From Raillietiella orientalis (lineage: Eukaryota), in the NCBI GenBank assembly GCA_036172245.1, contig JAYWIR010000002.1, positions 5,146,001 through 5,210,000 on the forward strand: a stretch of DNA of 64,000 bases. The letters are read 5' to 3'. The stretch's first letter is position 1. Each line of letters begins with the position of its first letter. The translations under genes and the position numbers were made by a program. A model generated the notes under the pieces. It worked only from the letters and a program-made list of their open reading frames with translations, searched no databases and had not been told where the DNA came from. Positions 1-13,060 of this stretch are shown here, one piece after another.

Positions 1-1819
1 TGGTTTATTGATGAATGACAAAAATTGCACGCTCCATACCTTTCGTGATTCCAAAAGATGGAATGGCTAAAACAAGAGAAAGCTTACGACAGTTCAAAGA
101 ATGTAGGAAAGTTCTTTTTATTTTTCATCTTTTTTCTCAATCAACATCCTTATCATGTGGTTTCATTCCTGTGTTTTCCTCTAATAAAGGCAGCTGTGGA
201 AAGAGAGTTCATAGTAACTCATTGCAGATTAATGAATTTTATCAATTAACTGGGATAGGAAGAAGTTGCAAAGAGTGTTCCACACTACATGCACTCTAGG
301 GATCAAATACCAAAACTGACAATCCAATAGTGAAAATATTTGCCATAGATAAATGCGGATCGAGGTATTCAAAATTAAACTTTGTTCTTTCTTTCCTGCA
401 AGACTTTTTATTTTGAACTAGTTTGTACAGAGTTTACTGTATACAAAGCGCGTTTCATTACATTGAAGGAAATGCAAATGCATTTATAATATTCTGAGTA
501 TAATTTAGGCAAATTATCAAATATTTTGAAATAATTCATTTTGGATAGAAATTTATTTAGTGTTTATCTGTTATAATAATTCTTTGAGAGTATCAAGTTA
601 GTTATGTTTACGTAATGATATGGAACATTACAGGATTCCGCGTCTAGTGTGGTTTTTTTTTTACACAAGTGTACACATTGGATGATTTACCTCACTTTAA
701 CTATTCGTTGAAGGATTTTGTAAAAACTAGTTGGATTTGCCAGAAACAAATCACATAGGTTGTGATTTGATTATAAGCTTATCAGCTAGATATAAGAGGC
801 AGTACATATGCGTTGACATGTGCATCAGAGTATCACGTTTGCAGCATGCAACTCTGCTTTACAATTATCAGTAACTTAATATCATATCGATTACCATATT
901 CATTGAATGATTAATTCTGAAGTTTGCTCCTTCATTCGAGGGACATAAATGGTTGCATGTTTTGAATCATTTTGAAACCATCGCCTCTTCCTCTGCCTGT
1001 TGTCTGTGAAAAGCTACGTTATGAAGCGTGATTTCCCTTGAAATGATAAACAGTGTTGAAGTGTCTGGTTTATCGTCGTAAGCAAAAGCAAATCGAACAT
1101 CGATGAAATTCGAATCGATTTGAAATTTAATTTACCTCTATCCCTTGGAACTAGAGATTCCGAGATGTTGAAGCGTTTTTCTTGTTCTTCTGACGAGATG
1201 ATATTCTTGGCAATTCATTTTGCTACTATCGGCGATCCTATCAATTGAATTTAAACAAATCGATAAGGTATGCAGCACTGATCGAAGAAGCCATTCTTTA
1301 TCATCATTTGGTTAATCATAACGCTTAAAATAAAAAGTGGCGACAGCTAGTGACTAACTTCCACGAAAACTGAAAAACCTGTTTTATACTGAAAGGAAAA
1401 AAAGGAAATAATTTCAGTTAAGAGCCCAGCAGCCCAACGAGGACTTTGGATCGTTTAAGGACCGGCGGTTAGACATCCATCGATGCATAGGAACAGAAAG
1501 AATAATGCAGCATATCTCGATGCAAAGTCCACTCAAACAAAGTCAGTCAGTGGAAGAAGCAAAATATTTTGGCTATTTCTGGATGGGACACCGGCTTTTT
1601 CTTGAGGAAACACTGCTCAATCAATAAGATTTATCAAGGTCTGTAAAGAAAGTAGGAGAATACGTATGGAAGACACCTAGGGAACGACTGGGGATAGTAC
1701 TATTGAAGAAATGTTAAGTTGAAAAGATATGATTCGATATCGGTATGACAAGTAAATCATGTGACAAGGTAAAAACAGCAAAGAGGTCAGATGAAAAAAA
1801 GTGAATGCTGTTTCATATC

Positions 1820-1857
1820 TACCGGATGCTCATGACCTTAGGGATGAGCATCCGGTA
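1820..1857. repeat. Perfect 14-bp inverted repeat with 10-nt loop
   Basis: TACCGGATGCTCAT (1820-1833) / ATGAGCATCCGGTA (1844-1857), read directly. Confidence 0.9.
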
Positions 1858-4496
1858 TTTTTGGAATATTTAGCAGAAAAATCTGCTCAAACTTCAACAA
1901 AGTCAACACGTGTGTAGAATAAAGATCAAAACAGATTATTTATCAAGGTGGAATTGTCGAGCTTTTTTCTAAGTGGTCACTGAACTCGAATGATGTAAAA
2001 CTTGCATCAGCTTACTTTGATATGTGATTTCACAGAGCTTTACCAAATCATGATGATTAGAAGGAAATTTATAAACTGTGACACAAGATAAAATATTCTG
2101 CCGAATTGAAATGCTTAAAGATCTTGTTACAAAGGAACTCAAAGGTGTTTTTTTCTGAATTAAATTTTCTTTGAGCATATTCATTACTTCGTCTTTAAAC
2201 TTTTTTTTAGCCGAACGGCACTTGAGCGAACTGAAAATAAGGAAATTTTCAACGATAAGTAAATCTGTACTGACTTCACCCTGATTTTTCTAGAAGAACA
2301 TGAAAACATGAGATTATTAGCTAATGATAAATCGACGTGTTCTCCGTGTAGAAGGCAAATACGAGTACTGCTTGGTTTCCATGCTTACATAGTCCATATG
2401 CCTTAATCAGATGTTTTGATTGACGGAATGCTTTTATAGTATTGTATTTCATAATTTGAAGTATGCATAAAGTAATCTGACAACTTTTAGCTAAGTACTC
2501 TGTACTTTTTGGTTGTCGTTTTCGAAGCGTGAAAACTTCTTCACGGAAGCCGCCCGATGCGCCAAGCAGTGCCCGAGGGCTTCCCGCGAAAAGGGTTGCG
2601 TTTCATGGGGGCAAAGGTATCAGATTCAAATTCTCTTTTGAGAACTCCATATGTTGGTGAGGAAAATGCCCAGCAGGGCTGTTACTCCACCCCATCTCAC
2701 TGAGAACAAAAAAACGGTGCCAGTTCCTACAGTAAAAATATATTTCCTCTTTTCCGTTTTGGAAATTTAGGTTGTGGCGAGTATGCCCAAAAAGAAGGTA
2801 CAGTTATTTAATTGGGAGATTTTTCCCCGCATGATAACGTAGGAGTTTTGCTATTGCGGTTTCAGGGAAGCCAACTGTACCTTTTCTTTGATGTTTAAAC
2901 GAACTGTTAAATTATGGAAATAAATTGAAGTGTACTCGTTTGTATTCATTTGCATTAAGATTCCTCAAAGTTAATGCTAAGAATGCATCAGAACAATGGA
3001 GATCACCATAAAATTATTCCTATAGTTTGCATGAATGTTTGTCAACTGAATGAAGTCAGTTTCAGTGTGGAAAAAATGTGTTAAAGGCTCATCAAGATCC
3101 AGTGGATTTACTCATCCCACTTTGTTTGTGCAGTGATGCAGTGGCAACATCAACTATTTGATCAGAAAATTACCCAAAGCATTTTTTAATCGAATACAAA
3201 TCAGATTCGATCACAGGATTGGATTTAAAATTCCAGTAATGCAATATGCATTAATGGAATCTTATTGTATGAATGCAATTGAAAAAATATTTGAAAAGAA
3301 AAGAGAACTCATTGAGTAAATGTAATCTTAAATAGCATAAACTGTAATAATCTAGCACAAACATGATGCAGTTAGAACAGAGCAAGATGCAAGATGATTC
3401 CATACTTTATTTTGCAAATAAATGTCAAAGATCTCATTGGTTTAAAGTAGGCTGTGCAAGCTTCTCTGAAGAGAATGAAAGAGACAATTTGTCTTGATGT
3501 AAGTTTTGGAAATAAAGACTTTTTTCTGCTGAACCTTGAATGTCTGCCTAATTTATATATGGCTAAGAAAATCCAAAACAAAGCAATTATCAGAAGAGAA
3601 AAAAATCTGAAATAGAATTAATTTAAGAAAAGTAAATAAAAGTTTATATGAAGATTCATTGTTAGTTATGGGATGCTTACTATACAGTCAGTTAAATGGA
3701 ATTGGAACTCAAACTGCTTTTAATTTAGCCAGTTTGAATGACTGAAAGTTTTGTTGATCTGCTTACATTTTCCAGGCCACACGATTTATCAATTTCTTAG
3801 AATTTATTTCTTGGTTTGTTTATAGATTTTGGAGGTTTGCCTGGAACAAAGTATGTCACCAAAGGTTAAAGAAAAATGCATACTTTTGTATGATATGTAG
3901 CAGAACATGCATCTTTTCACGAAATGTGAAGACAATAAGTTTACATACTTGTTTTGTATAATTCAAGACTTTATAGTCTCACCTGCAAGCTAAAATACAT
4001 GCAATATTTCCTCATTATTACTTTGATAAGTTTATTTTGCTTTTTTGGAATCTACCTTAGTTGCATGTGATTGTTTTTGCATATTTTTGTTTGCATATTT
4101 CATTTCGAATTCATTTTTTTCTCGCACGTAAATGAAAAAGCTTCCTTGGAATGATAGTTGTGATTATGAAAAATACATCTTTTTTAAATAGAAAGCTCAG
4201 ATAAAGGCCAAAGTGATTTGTGAGTGGCAAATGGTGGTTACATTGCACTCACAGTGAGCACAAGTTGATCAGTTCTCAGATTTCAAAAATCAGAGTACAG
4301 GTAATCTCTTCAGTTGATGTAGTGCAACATACATCCATAGTGTTGTTATTGCCATATTCTTGGTAATCTGACTTTACAAAATGCTTTTTGCAGCAACATT
4401 TGTAGGGCACACGCTAGTTAAAAAGAAATTCACATGGATCATAAAGAACTTTTCAAGCACACAATCTTGTTTTAGATTGCATCTGCAAACCAAAGC

Positions 4497-5877
4497 ATGC
4501 CATCCAAAGTTGAATCTAGGAAACACCAATCAAAGGAATATCCACGTGATCCATTATGCGCAAGTACATCCATGAGAGTGGACTTATTTAACCAGTCCTA
4601 TCTGGATATTCTGCAGAGATATGAACAAACAATGGAAAAAGTTGTCAATAAGGTAAGTTTGATTGAATTAGAATTAATCATCTGATCAGTACACAGTATG
4701 CGGAAGATGAAAATTGTACTGAGAAACTATCATTTTCATCTAATGCAATCAGAGTCCTGCATAAAGGTGGTAAGTAAAGTTCAGAAACATTTATTTAAGC
4801 AGCATATTTATAGAAAACCTTTCCTTTGATTCAAACTATGAAAAATACAGTGAAACACAGGAAGAATCAGTAGATAAGGATAATAAATTTCCAGGTAATC
4901 AGGGAGCTTCCCAACTTGGATAACTGATACAAACTATTTCTATTTCTTACTGTGTTTTTCAGTGCATGTCACATGTGTATATCTTTAATTTGTGTAGAAT
5001 TTCCAGATTTCCAGAAGTGCCCTTTAGCTGCATCTGGTACAGACCTTACACAAGCAAGTTTAGCTGATAGAAGTTTTCTTGGTATGTAGGGTAACTAAAA
5101 AAATTTTCTACAACACTTAAAAAAGGAATTGGAATATTGTAATAAGAGTTGATATAAATGAAAAGAGCATTTGGGCAAAGTGATACCAGTACTATCTGCA
5201 TAATGGCAAATGTTGATCAGAGGAATTGATCAAGTCATGTTTTTGAGTGTCTGTAATCAGCAATGCAGTCAGCTATCAAGTATTTCATTTGCACAATTAC
5301 ACAGTTCAAACTGCTTTACAGTACATTACCATTATTTGCATCTGCAACAGTTTGCAAGTATTCTATTTCGTAATCCGTGATTGTTTTTGTATTTCAAAAC
5401 GCATTTTGCACAAAACAATCGATTTTTGCATGCAGTGATTATTTCGTTTTTTGTTTACGAAAGTGGGGTTGTTGACTGGAGTACTTGCAAAGCAGTGTTG
5501 ATTAATTGAATAAAAATGTTAAGATACAATTGAATTAAAAAACCTATCAGTCAGTCCAATGACCTTGCATTTCCTTTGCAGAGTTGAACCCACCAGATGA
5601 AGACTTCACGTGGTTTCGAAGGAAGCGTAGTGCACCCTTTCCTGCGCAGAAACTGCATCTTCCCAGGGGAACTCGATACCCGTTCAAAAATCATAGGTTG
5701 TCTGTTTCTCTGCGCGGTCTTGAAAAGGTCGACCCTTCCATAAAAAATGCTCGCCTGGCCTACGAGCACGCCGTAGCGGAGATGGTCCGATCCATCCCAA
5801 AAAACGTCTTCAGCGACACTCTGATGAGGCTTCTAGGAGATGGCACCGTGGATGATGAGTTCGAATGCAATGATTGA
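4497..5877 (+). CDS. Uncharacterised 229-aa protein, 5 coding exons; candidate Scm3/HJURP-like CENP-A chaperone
   Basis: Exons 4497-4652, 4697-4769, 4814-4894, 4998-5081, 5582-5877. All introns are GT-AG (44, 44, 103, 500 nt), phases are consistent (0,1,1,1) and there is no internal stop. N-terminal QRYEQTMEKVVNK|YAEDENCTEKLSFSSNAIRVLHKG. The gene model is well supported; the function is speculative. Upstream exons (e.g. near 4255-4301) could extend the N-terminus. Confidence 0.75.
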
Positions 5878-7855
5878 ATCATTTTGCAGCAAATGCAGAT
5901 GATTCAAACGAAGTGAAAATGGTGCGGTACTTTTTAGTCAATTTTGAGGTGTTTCTGTTGACTTGAAATGATTTGACCTTGTTTTTTTCTTTTTCCCTCC
6001 TTCCCCCCCCCCCTCTCCCCCCACACAAATAATCAGCAAAAAAAATTCCATGTGCTAATTGCAAGTGATCTGTTTAAAATTGGACATCAATTGCAACTTA
6101 CATTTGGCGTATGTTACATTTTTCTTTATAACTCAGTACCTTCAGTTGGACATTAGCACTCCTAAATTCCTACACGTTATTAAGTTCTTAGATTTAATAT
6201 ACCATTTCCATTACGCACCTTTTTTTTTCCCCCGCTTTATTTCCACTGAATATCGTGGGAATGCACACGTGTGTAACGCTTTTGGTGCAAACCTACCATG
6301 TCACCACCCTACCATGTTCACCATGCACGGCCAACGACGTGCGTGGAAAAGAAGGACGGACCTTTCGCGAAGAGTAATGCGATTTTGTTTGCCCTGATTC
6401 TTGCAGATTGCCTCTCTCCTAAGTGATTAAGAGTTTTTGTTCATCCTAGGTTCCTTTTTGTAACGTTTGATCCTATTTTGAAACGAGCTCATTCAACATT
6501 GTTTCAACCTCGTTGCTTTTGCATTTTGTGTATTTGTTGTCTCTTTGTCATAGAGCAAAATTATTGCTTCATCGAATACACTGAAAGTATATTCTCAGTT
6601 CTCTCCATGCGCTTTTTTATTTGTGGGATGCGTGTCTTGAGTGTTGGGACTCAGATAAGCATAAAATGTATATCACCTTAGAAGTATGCTCAGATACCAT
6701 CTGCTAGTGTACAGTCAAAGTTTTCAGGATCGAGTACCTGATTTCCGAAATGAAAATGATTTCGGAAAAGCTAAAATCGAACTTGGTAAGTGTGTTTGTT
6801 GTGATTTTCACTTCTGTGGTTCAGATCCGCAGTTTTCCTTCTGAATTTTTGCTCCCACATTCCATTTTTTGTCTTCCAAGTCTCGCATTTTTAGAATAGT
6901 GAGCGTTTTTTCCTAAGGAATACAAGTTTTTTATGAGGAAGGTAAGAAAAATCAGCTTCAGCTTGCTCTGCTCCCCAAACACTGGTGCTTCCGCTGCGAG
7001 AAAGTATGCAATGTTTAAGTATTTCAGTTCCGTGTGTATTTATAATTAATAATCTAAAATAAGTAATCCCATGTGTTTAAGTATTTCAATTTAATCCGAT
7101 CTAATCCCAGGGAAACGAAATTTTGGTATTTAAATCAGGGGAAATGTTACGTGGGATTCATTAGTATAAGCAAAATGTGATGAAATAATAGCGTGCTTGA
7201 GTAAATTGGAAATGTGATGTTCAGTTTGTCCTAGGGAAAGAGGACGAGAAGGAGTAACACTTCTTGAAGGACACCGTCTTTTCCGCTGATGCTACAAACG
7301 ATGCTACAAATGCCTAATTGAGATACAATTCATTCTCATGTTCGAAACTCACAGAAAAGATTCATCCAATATTCCCAAACAGTGAAGTTGAAACTTCGGG
7401 CCCACGTTTTCATCATTCGCTTGTGAGAACAGGACTAGTTATGCAGCTTGGAACAGCTTCCCTCCTTACCTAAAATTCCCACCTGATTCCCGATGGAATC
7501 TTCATGTAGAGGAAGGGTTTTGATTCTTTTCTGCCTGAACTGCATGGCGCCTAAAGACTCCTCCATTCTCGTATTAAGCTGCCAAAGATTTACAGCAAAA
7601 CAGGAGTTTATAATGAGACGTGAGAAAAGGAGTCTTTGTACGTGTATTCCGTCTATTAACTTCCAATGTTCGAACATTCCATTTTCTATTTAACAAAACG
7701 GTTTGAATACGTGTTTGAAGTTTCCGTGCCTTTGTCCTAGTGTAAACTTTTGTAAGGTTTACATTTAAACTTTCGTCATTTAATTCCTCGTTGACAGCAA
7801 ACATACACAGTGGACTGTTTGATTTCCTTACTTCGAAATCAAATGAACTTTGAAA

Positions 7856-10800
7856 TTTTTTTTTTTTTTTTTTTTTTTACAAGGTCTTGATTCCCTGAAA
7901 CAAAACAGGACTTGCATCGAAACTTACAAGAAAAAACTGAACTAAAAATATCAGCTTGATGATCGTTTGCAATGGGCATGCTTACCTAATAACAAAACAT
8001 TTAGGCGTTGTTTGAGTATCCCCTCTGGTAACAAATCTCGTACGTGAACGTTAAACATTTCGCCAAAAGCAACATCCAGCGTGGAAACCACACGTTTTCA
8101 TAATCCTGTATTTTTCAGTTTCCCCGGTCCGACGAGCGGTAGGGTGAACTTATTGGCTACTTTCATGAATCCCGCTGCTTGTTTCTTTTGCTTTCCTGTT
8201 TCCGATTTCCTCTATTGGGGTCACTCGGGTCTGGTAAGCAGTCTTCCCGTTTGGGCAGCGTCTACTGTCTTTTTCAGGATGTAGCGGTGGGTCCAGGTGG
8301 GTACTCTTCCGCAATTCGTGATCCCAATTTCTCTTTGCGGCACTCCTTCTAAGATGTTGATGGCAAGCACTTGGACATTAGTACACTGCAACTTCGCCCC
8401 TTCTTATCGCGATGCTCGTGGCGTGGATGGCGATGGTGGTACGGAGCCATGGGGCTGTATCGGGGAGCGTTTCCGCTCCCTTCGAACATTCCCGCCAAAA
8501 TCTCCGTTTCCAGTTTCTTCTGCAGGCCAATCACCACCTTCAGTATTGTCCAGTCGTTGGGTGGCGCTGGGTACTGAATACGTGGAGCGGTGTCTCTCTG
8601 CCCCACAGGCTTTGCAGAGTCCATCTTGACCATTACCTGTCCAATGTTTCAGTCGGGAGCCACTAAGGATGCCTACATGGTAGTACATCAGGAGTTCATC
8701 CTAATAATCCGGTGTAAATCGCTCCTGTATATCGTTGAGCGAACCGCTGTCAGGTTCACGTTGCACCACCCGTAGCGGTTGGCTGCCTTGTCCAGTGCGT
8801 CACGGCCTTTCCCAGTGCGTCGCCTTGGTTGATGTGTTTCTCCCTTTCCTCACATATGTTGTCTCTGGTGATCAGGCACCACGCACTGGTCACTTGAAGC
8901 TTCCAGAGTTCGCGAGTCTTGTGCCTAAATCTTCCAATGATTCTCGTGATGTAGTGGTACTGTCGCATTGTGTGTCTACTGCCACTCGTAGCGAACTCTT
9001 TGCAGCGGTCACGAATCTTCATCCGTGGCCTTTGGATCATCCGTTTCCAGATCTCCTGAGAGATCCTAACGAAATTCGGAATCACCATGGCCAGTACTCC
9101 CTGACGAAGTTGTTTACTTCGAGGCACTATCTTAAATTGGTGATTCTTTCCCAGTGTCTGTTTCCTCTTCCATGTGGGGTCGATGTTCCCCCAGTCTTCG
9201 CGCTTACCTCTTAAGACTAACATCAGGCCTCTTAAGTGGTTGGCCATTACACTTATTGTTCGAAGGAATTTCGCGTAGGCTCAGCGTGCCGCATAAGGTC
9301 ATCCGTCCCATTTCCTGGTGGGATCCAGGAGTTGGCGCTCATCCATGTCCTCCAAGGCTTGGTTCAGCGGTTTCATCCCGGTCCCACTTTCCTCTCGCGA
9401 GCGGCATTAGACTTTCAGCCGAACCCGTGGCTTGTGCTCTCTCCAGAGGATCTTACTTTGATGTTGCTCTGCTTCCATCCTCGTTTCTTACTAGTCAACT
9501 GAAGGCCACTCCGAAGAGCACCTTAGGAAGAAGGACTCCATTCCACAAGTTGACCCTCTGTTCCATGCTGAAGCCCGCAGGGATGTACTTTGCTGCTTCT
9601 TCTCTGGCTCTCCCTAGGATTTCTGTCCACAACGTTTGCGAACCCGAGGCCTCTCCAATGCGGATTTCCAGGTACTTAACTTCATCTGTGACTCGGAAAC
9701 CTTCTTTTAGTGGCGAAAGATCCAGGATTCTGATGGGCAACAGTTGGTACTTCTGGGCGTTGATTTTCAGGACCAGTCCTTTTTCTACTGCTGTGACCAC
9801 TTCCAGGAATGCGTGCTGATCCTTTTCGTCTTTCAAAAAGAGAAGGTTAGCCCGCATATGCAAGACGGGTCAGGTGATCAACTCCGATTGTGAGTCCTTC
9901 GAGGCAGACTTTTTGGTCGACGATCGACGACACAGCTTCCATATAAATGACGAACAGCATCGGACTCACTGAGTCTCCCTAACGGACTCCCCTTCCTTCC
10001 TGATTGTCTTCGTCCTGATTGTCCGTTGATTCGGATTTTGAAGCGCGCTTTTCTGAGGGTCATCTGCACGTACTCCAGCAAGTGCTGTGGGAATCCCATC
10101 TTTCCAAGATTCTCATAAGCAGCCCGTGGTTCACAGTATCGAATGGCTTCCCCTTTTCCTTTCCGTAAAGGCCATCACCAGGTTACCAGCTGTAGCCGAG
10201 GGTGGCTTGGTCGCACTTCACATTATGAAACATGCGTCACCCAGTCACGGCGTACGTCTGCGTCACAGGAATCAATGAAGGTGGGATCTTCTTCAGGCGG
10301 TTGGTCCAGATCTTTGCCAACCATTTAGCATCCGTGTTCAAGATGGAGATGGAGCGCCACTGCGTGACTTTCTTGGGGTTGCCGCATTTGGACAGTAGTC
10401 TCATCCTGCTTCCGTGAAATGACCTCCGGGAACTTACCTCCCTCTCGGATTCTGATGATCACTTCGTTTAGCAGACACAGGTGGGCATGCAGGTACCTCT
10501 GGTGGTGCGAGATGGGAACACCATCGGCGCCTGCAGCCACGTCTTTGCGTAGTTCCGCGAACTCTTCCTTGACTTCCTCGAGAGAGATGTCCGCGTTCAG
10601 TTCTTTCTGCATGTGCACAAGTCTTCGGTGCAGGTGTCACACTTGCTGTTCTATCCGGCACACGATCTGGAACATTGGAAGAAGATGACGTAACGGTCCT
10701 GGAACGCCTCCGTAATCCCTTCTGGTGTGTGCCGAACTTTGTGTCCGAATTCTATTGCAAAGATATCGGTGACGACATTTTTCCTTTCCTGCATACTGAT

Positions 10801-12400
10801 CCCCCGTTTCACGCTGAGGAAGACGTACCGCCACTCGTGCTGTTCCCAGTGACTCGAGAGGTTCTTCGATGTTGAGCTTTTCCTGCCTTACCATCCTGCA
10901 TCCAGACTGTAGGCTATTGCAGAACACGTGGATCGTATGCTTCAGTCTGTCCCAATCGTCGACACAGCGGACGGTGTTGTCCTGCAGGATCGTTTCGACG
11001 AGTTGCTGGTGGCTGGGAAGGGTTTCGAACCCAGGCGGACATGGAGAGTGCATGCTGCCCTTGTGCCTGTTTGTTTCTGAGGACTTGCGGTTTTCCATGT
11101 GGTCTATACCAGAGGATGGTCCAACTGCAGGGTCTGCGTGTCGAGGAATCCCTGAATGCATGATTGCGAGTTCTTGGCTGTGCAGGACGTGATCGAACGG
11201 CTTATGGCCAGCCGTTAGCCACAACGGGCGGAACTTGTCAAACAGCTGCAGATACGGCGTCCTGCTTCGGACATCGTCTCACTGGGAGATAGTATCGAAG
11301 GCGTTAAAGTCACCCATGACGAGGACGATGTCCTTCGTTGTAGCTTTGTTGCACAGAAGGTTCTGCACTGTCACCACACACCGGTGTTTGCCTCGATGTG
11401 GTCCACACACGTTCACCAGGAAGAGGTCAACGTTTACTTACCAGGACGTCCCAAGTCCGGCACTGCGGCCAGGTCACGGGTAAAAGAACTCCAGGACGGT
11501 GTGCGCGATATCGTTCTTGACGAGGATCGCCACGCCCATCGTCTTCTTCTCACCTGGGCTTAGGAACAGCTTGTTCGAGTTCGAGTTCCAGGCAGATCTC
11601 CTGCTCCGTCTCGTGCGTTTCCTGAAGACACACGATGTCGTCACGATGCGTGATCTTTCTCCTCTTGTCCTGGCTCCACATGACGTTGATGTTCCAGGGA
11701 GCGATTTTAATGCTTCTGGCGGATGACAGGGAGGAGGACATCAGGGATTATTGGACAGATTTGGTCTTCTTTTTCTGCTTGGAAGAAGTCCACTGCTTGC
11801 TCCTAGCAGAGCCTTCATTGCCGACGTCGCTCTCAGTCTCGCTTTGATTTTTGCGATTCCTCCTTTGTTTCGGAGGGCGACATATATGTCGCGCACGTTC
11901 GCGAGGCGCAGTGGCCCTGTTTTGAGGGTCGCCATCTTTACCTCACCTCCTATATTATACTCCAAATGGGTATCTTTACCCGTTGTATTTCGAAGATGGC
12001 GGGTTTGGTTGAACATGCTGTTGTTGTCGTTACGCTCGCCTTATTCAGCGGTGTTGCTACCGCTGCGTAGGAGAGGGACGGTGATGGTGCCATCATGTCC
12101 GACGCTGGATCCTCTTTCGGGGTTGGCAGTTGGCATTCCATGCCATGCACTACTGCCTGGTGCTTGATGGTGTCTCTCCCCTGCTTTCAGATGGCGTAGG
12201 CCGCTGGAGTGTGGTTGGATTGTTCTTCGCTGCGATGGCCTCTACTTCGCCGTTTACGTATGCTCTACTTCGTATGCCACCCTTCCTTCTCGTCGTAGGT
12301 TCGCGAACCTCAAGCTACTTTCCCTGTTTCCTTAGGCTAAGATCGCCTCGAAGCCAGGCAATTTGTGTTCCAGGTTCTTCATAGATCTGAAGTGACACAA
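7856..12400 (-). mobile_element. Degenerate APE-RT non-LTR retrotransposon (L1/Tx1-like) with poly(A) tail
   Basis: 23-nt T run at 7856-7878 is the poly(A) tail on the minus strand. Minus-strand ORF2 pieces: APE motifs IAPWNIN, DIVCLQETH (~11620-11710) and IVLVMGDFNA (~11300-11330); RT motifs GVR*GDSVSPMLF (~9950-9990) and LAYA(D) (~9850-9865); C-terminal CKAC knuckle remnant (~8600). Many frameshifts and stops. GC content is higher than the flanks. The 5' boundary is approximate and no TSD was found. Confidence 0.88.
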
Positions 12401-12779
12401 CGGAGTACGAAATAGACTAACTGGACTTCGGGAACAGCTGGTTGTTGAACTTCCGGACCTTGATGGCAAGATGGAGGTAGAAATAACTGCTGACTCTGAT
12501 GTGACGCTCCCTGAGACAGAGATTTTTGCCTACCCTAAGTGTGGAACAACACATGTCCAACGTCACGCTGTGGGCCATGAATAGTCCCAATTTTAAGGAC
12601 ACGGCACTCTAAGTTTTTCTCTTTGGGAATCACTCTATAATCTCATTCGGAATTCGAGCTTACTGAAAGGTTGGCGGAGTTCCTATTCCAGCTGGCGACT
12701 GGAAATTCGTCAAAGAACCCACCAAATTAACAAAAACCCAATTTGAATTGCCAAAAAGCCCATCGACAAGAAAGAAAAT

Positions 12780-13060
12780 GATTGGTTATGCGTTGGTTGT
12801 GTCTGCAAAGGCATCATGGTGGGCTTGTCTGCTGGTAAGTAAGGAAGGGATGCACAGGTTGATCCCAGGAAGGAGGTGTGCAGGTTATCTTAGGAAGGTG
12901 ATATCAATGCACTATACAGCTCCACTCCTTTCAGGAAGATGGTGGACTGCAACTCGGTCACTATGCCCGTACGCTTCAGTTCAGAAAGGCCGGGCTTACG
13001 CAAGTACAAGAAGTCCAACCATTGGAAGTTCAACTCAACACATGGGACATGGGGAATGCT
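12780..13060 (+). mobile_element. Possible fragment of a second LINE ORF2 (end of APE domain), opposite orientation
   Basis: Translation ...VDCNSVTMPVRF...KYKKSNHWKFNST resembles the SDH...WKLN segment after L1-type endonucleases. Interrupted by stops. Confidence 0.3.

Noticed and set aside
1..300. Possible terminal exons of a gene entering the window
   Set aside because: Splice-like signals are present, but the peptide is unrecognisable and the frame is ambiguous.
2541..2590. GC-rich stem GGAAGCC...GGCTTCC as a possible structured ncRNA
   Set aside because: No RNase P/MRP, snRNA or tRNA conserved boxes recognised; more likely promoter or 5' UTR sequence.
6300..7000. Exon-like segments (6728-6785 etc.) possibly linking across the L1 element to ~13300-13550
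   Set aside because: The joined frames hit stops; these could be UTR or non-coding exons, which the sequence alone cannot support.
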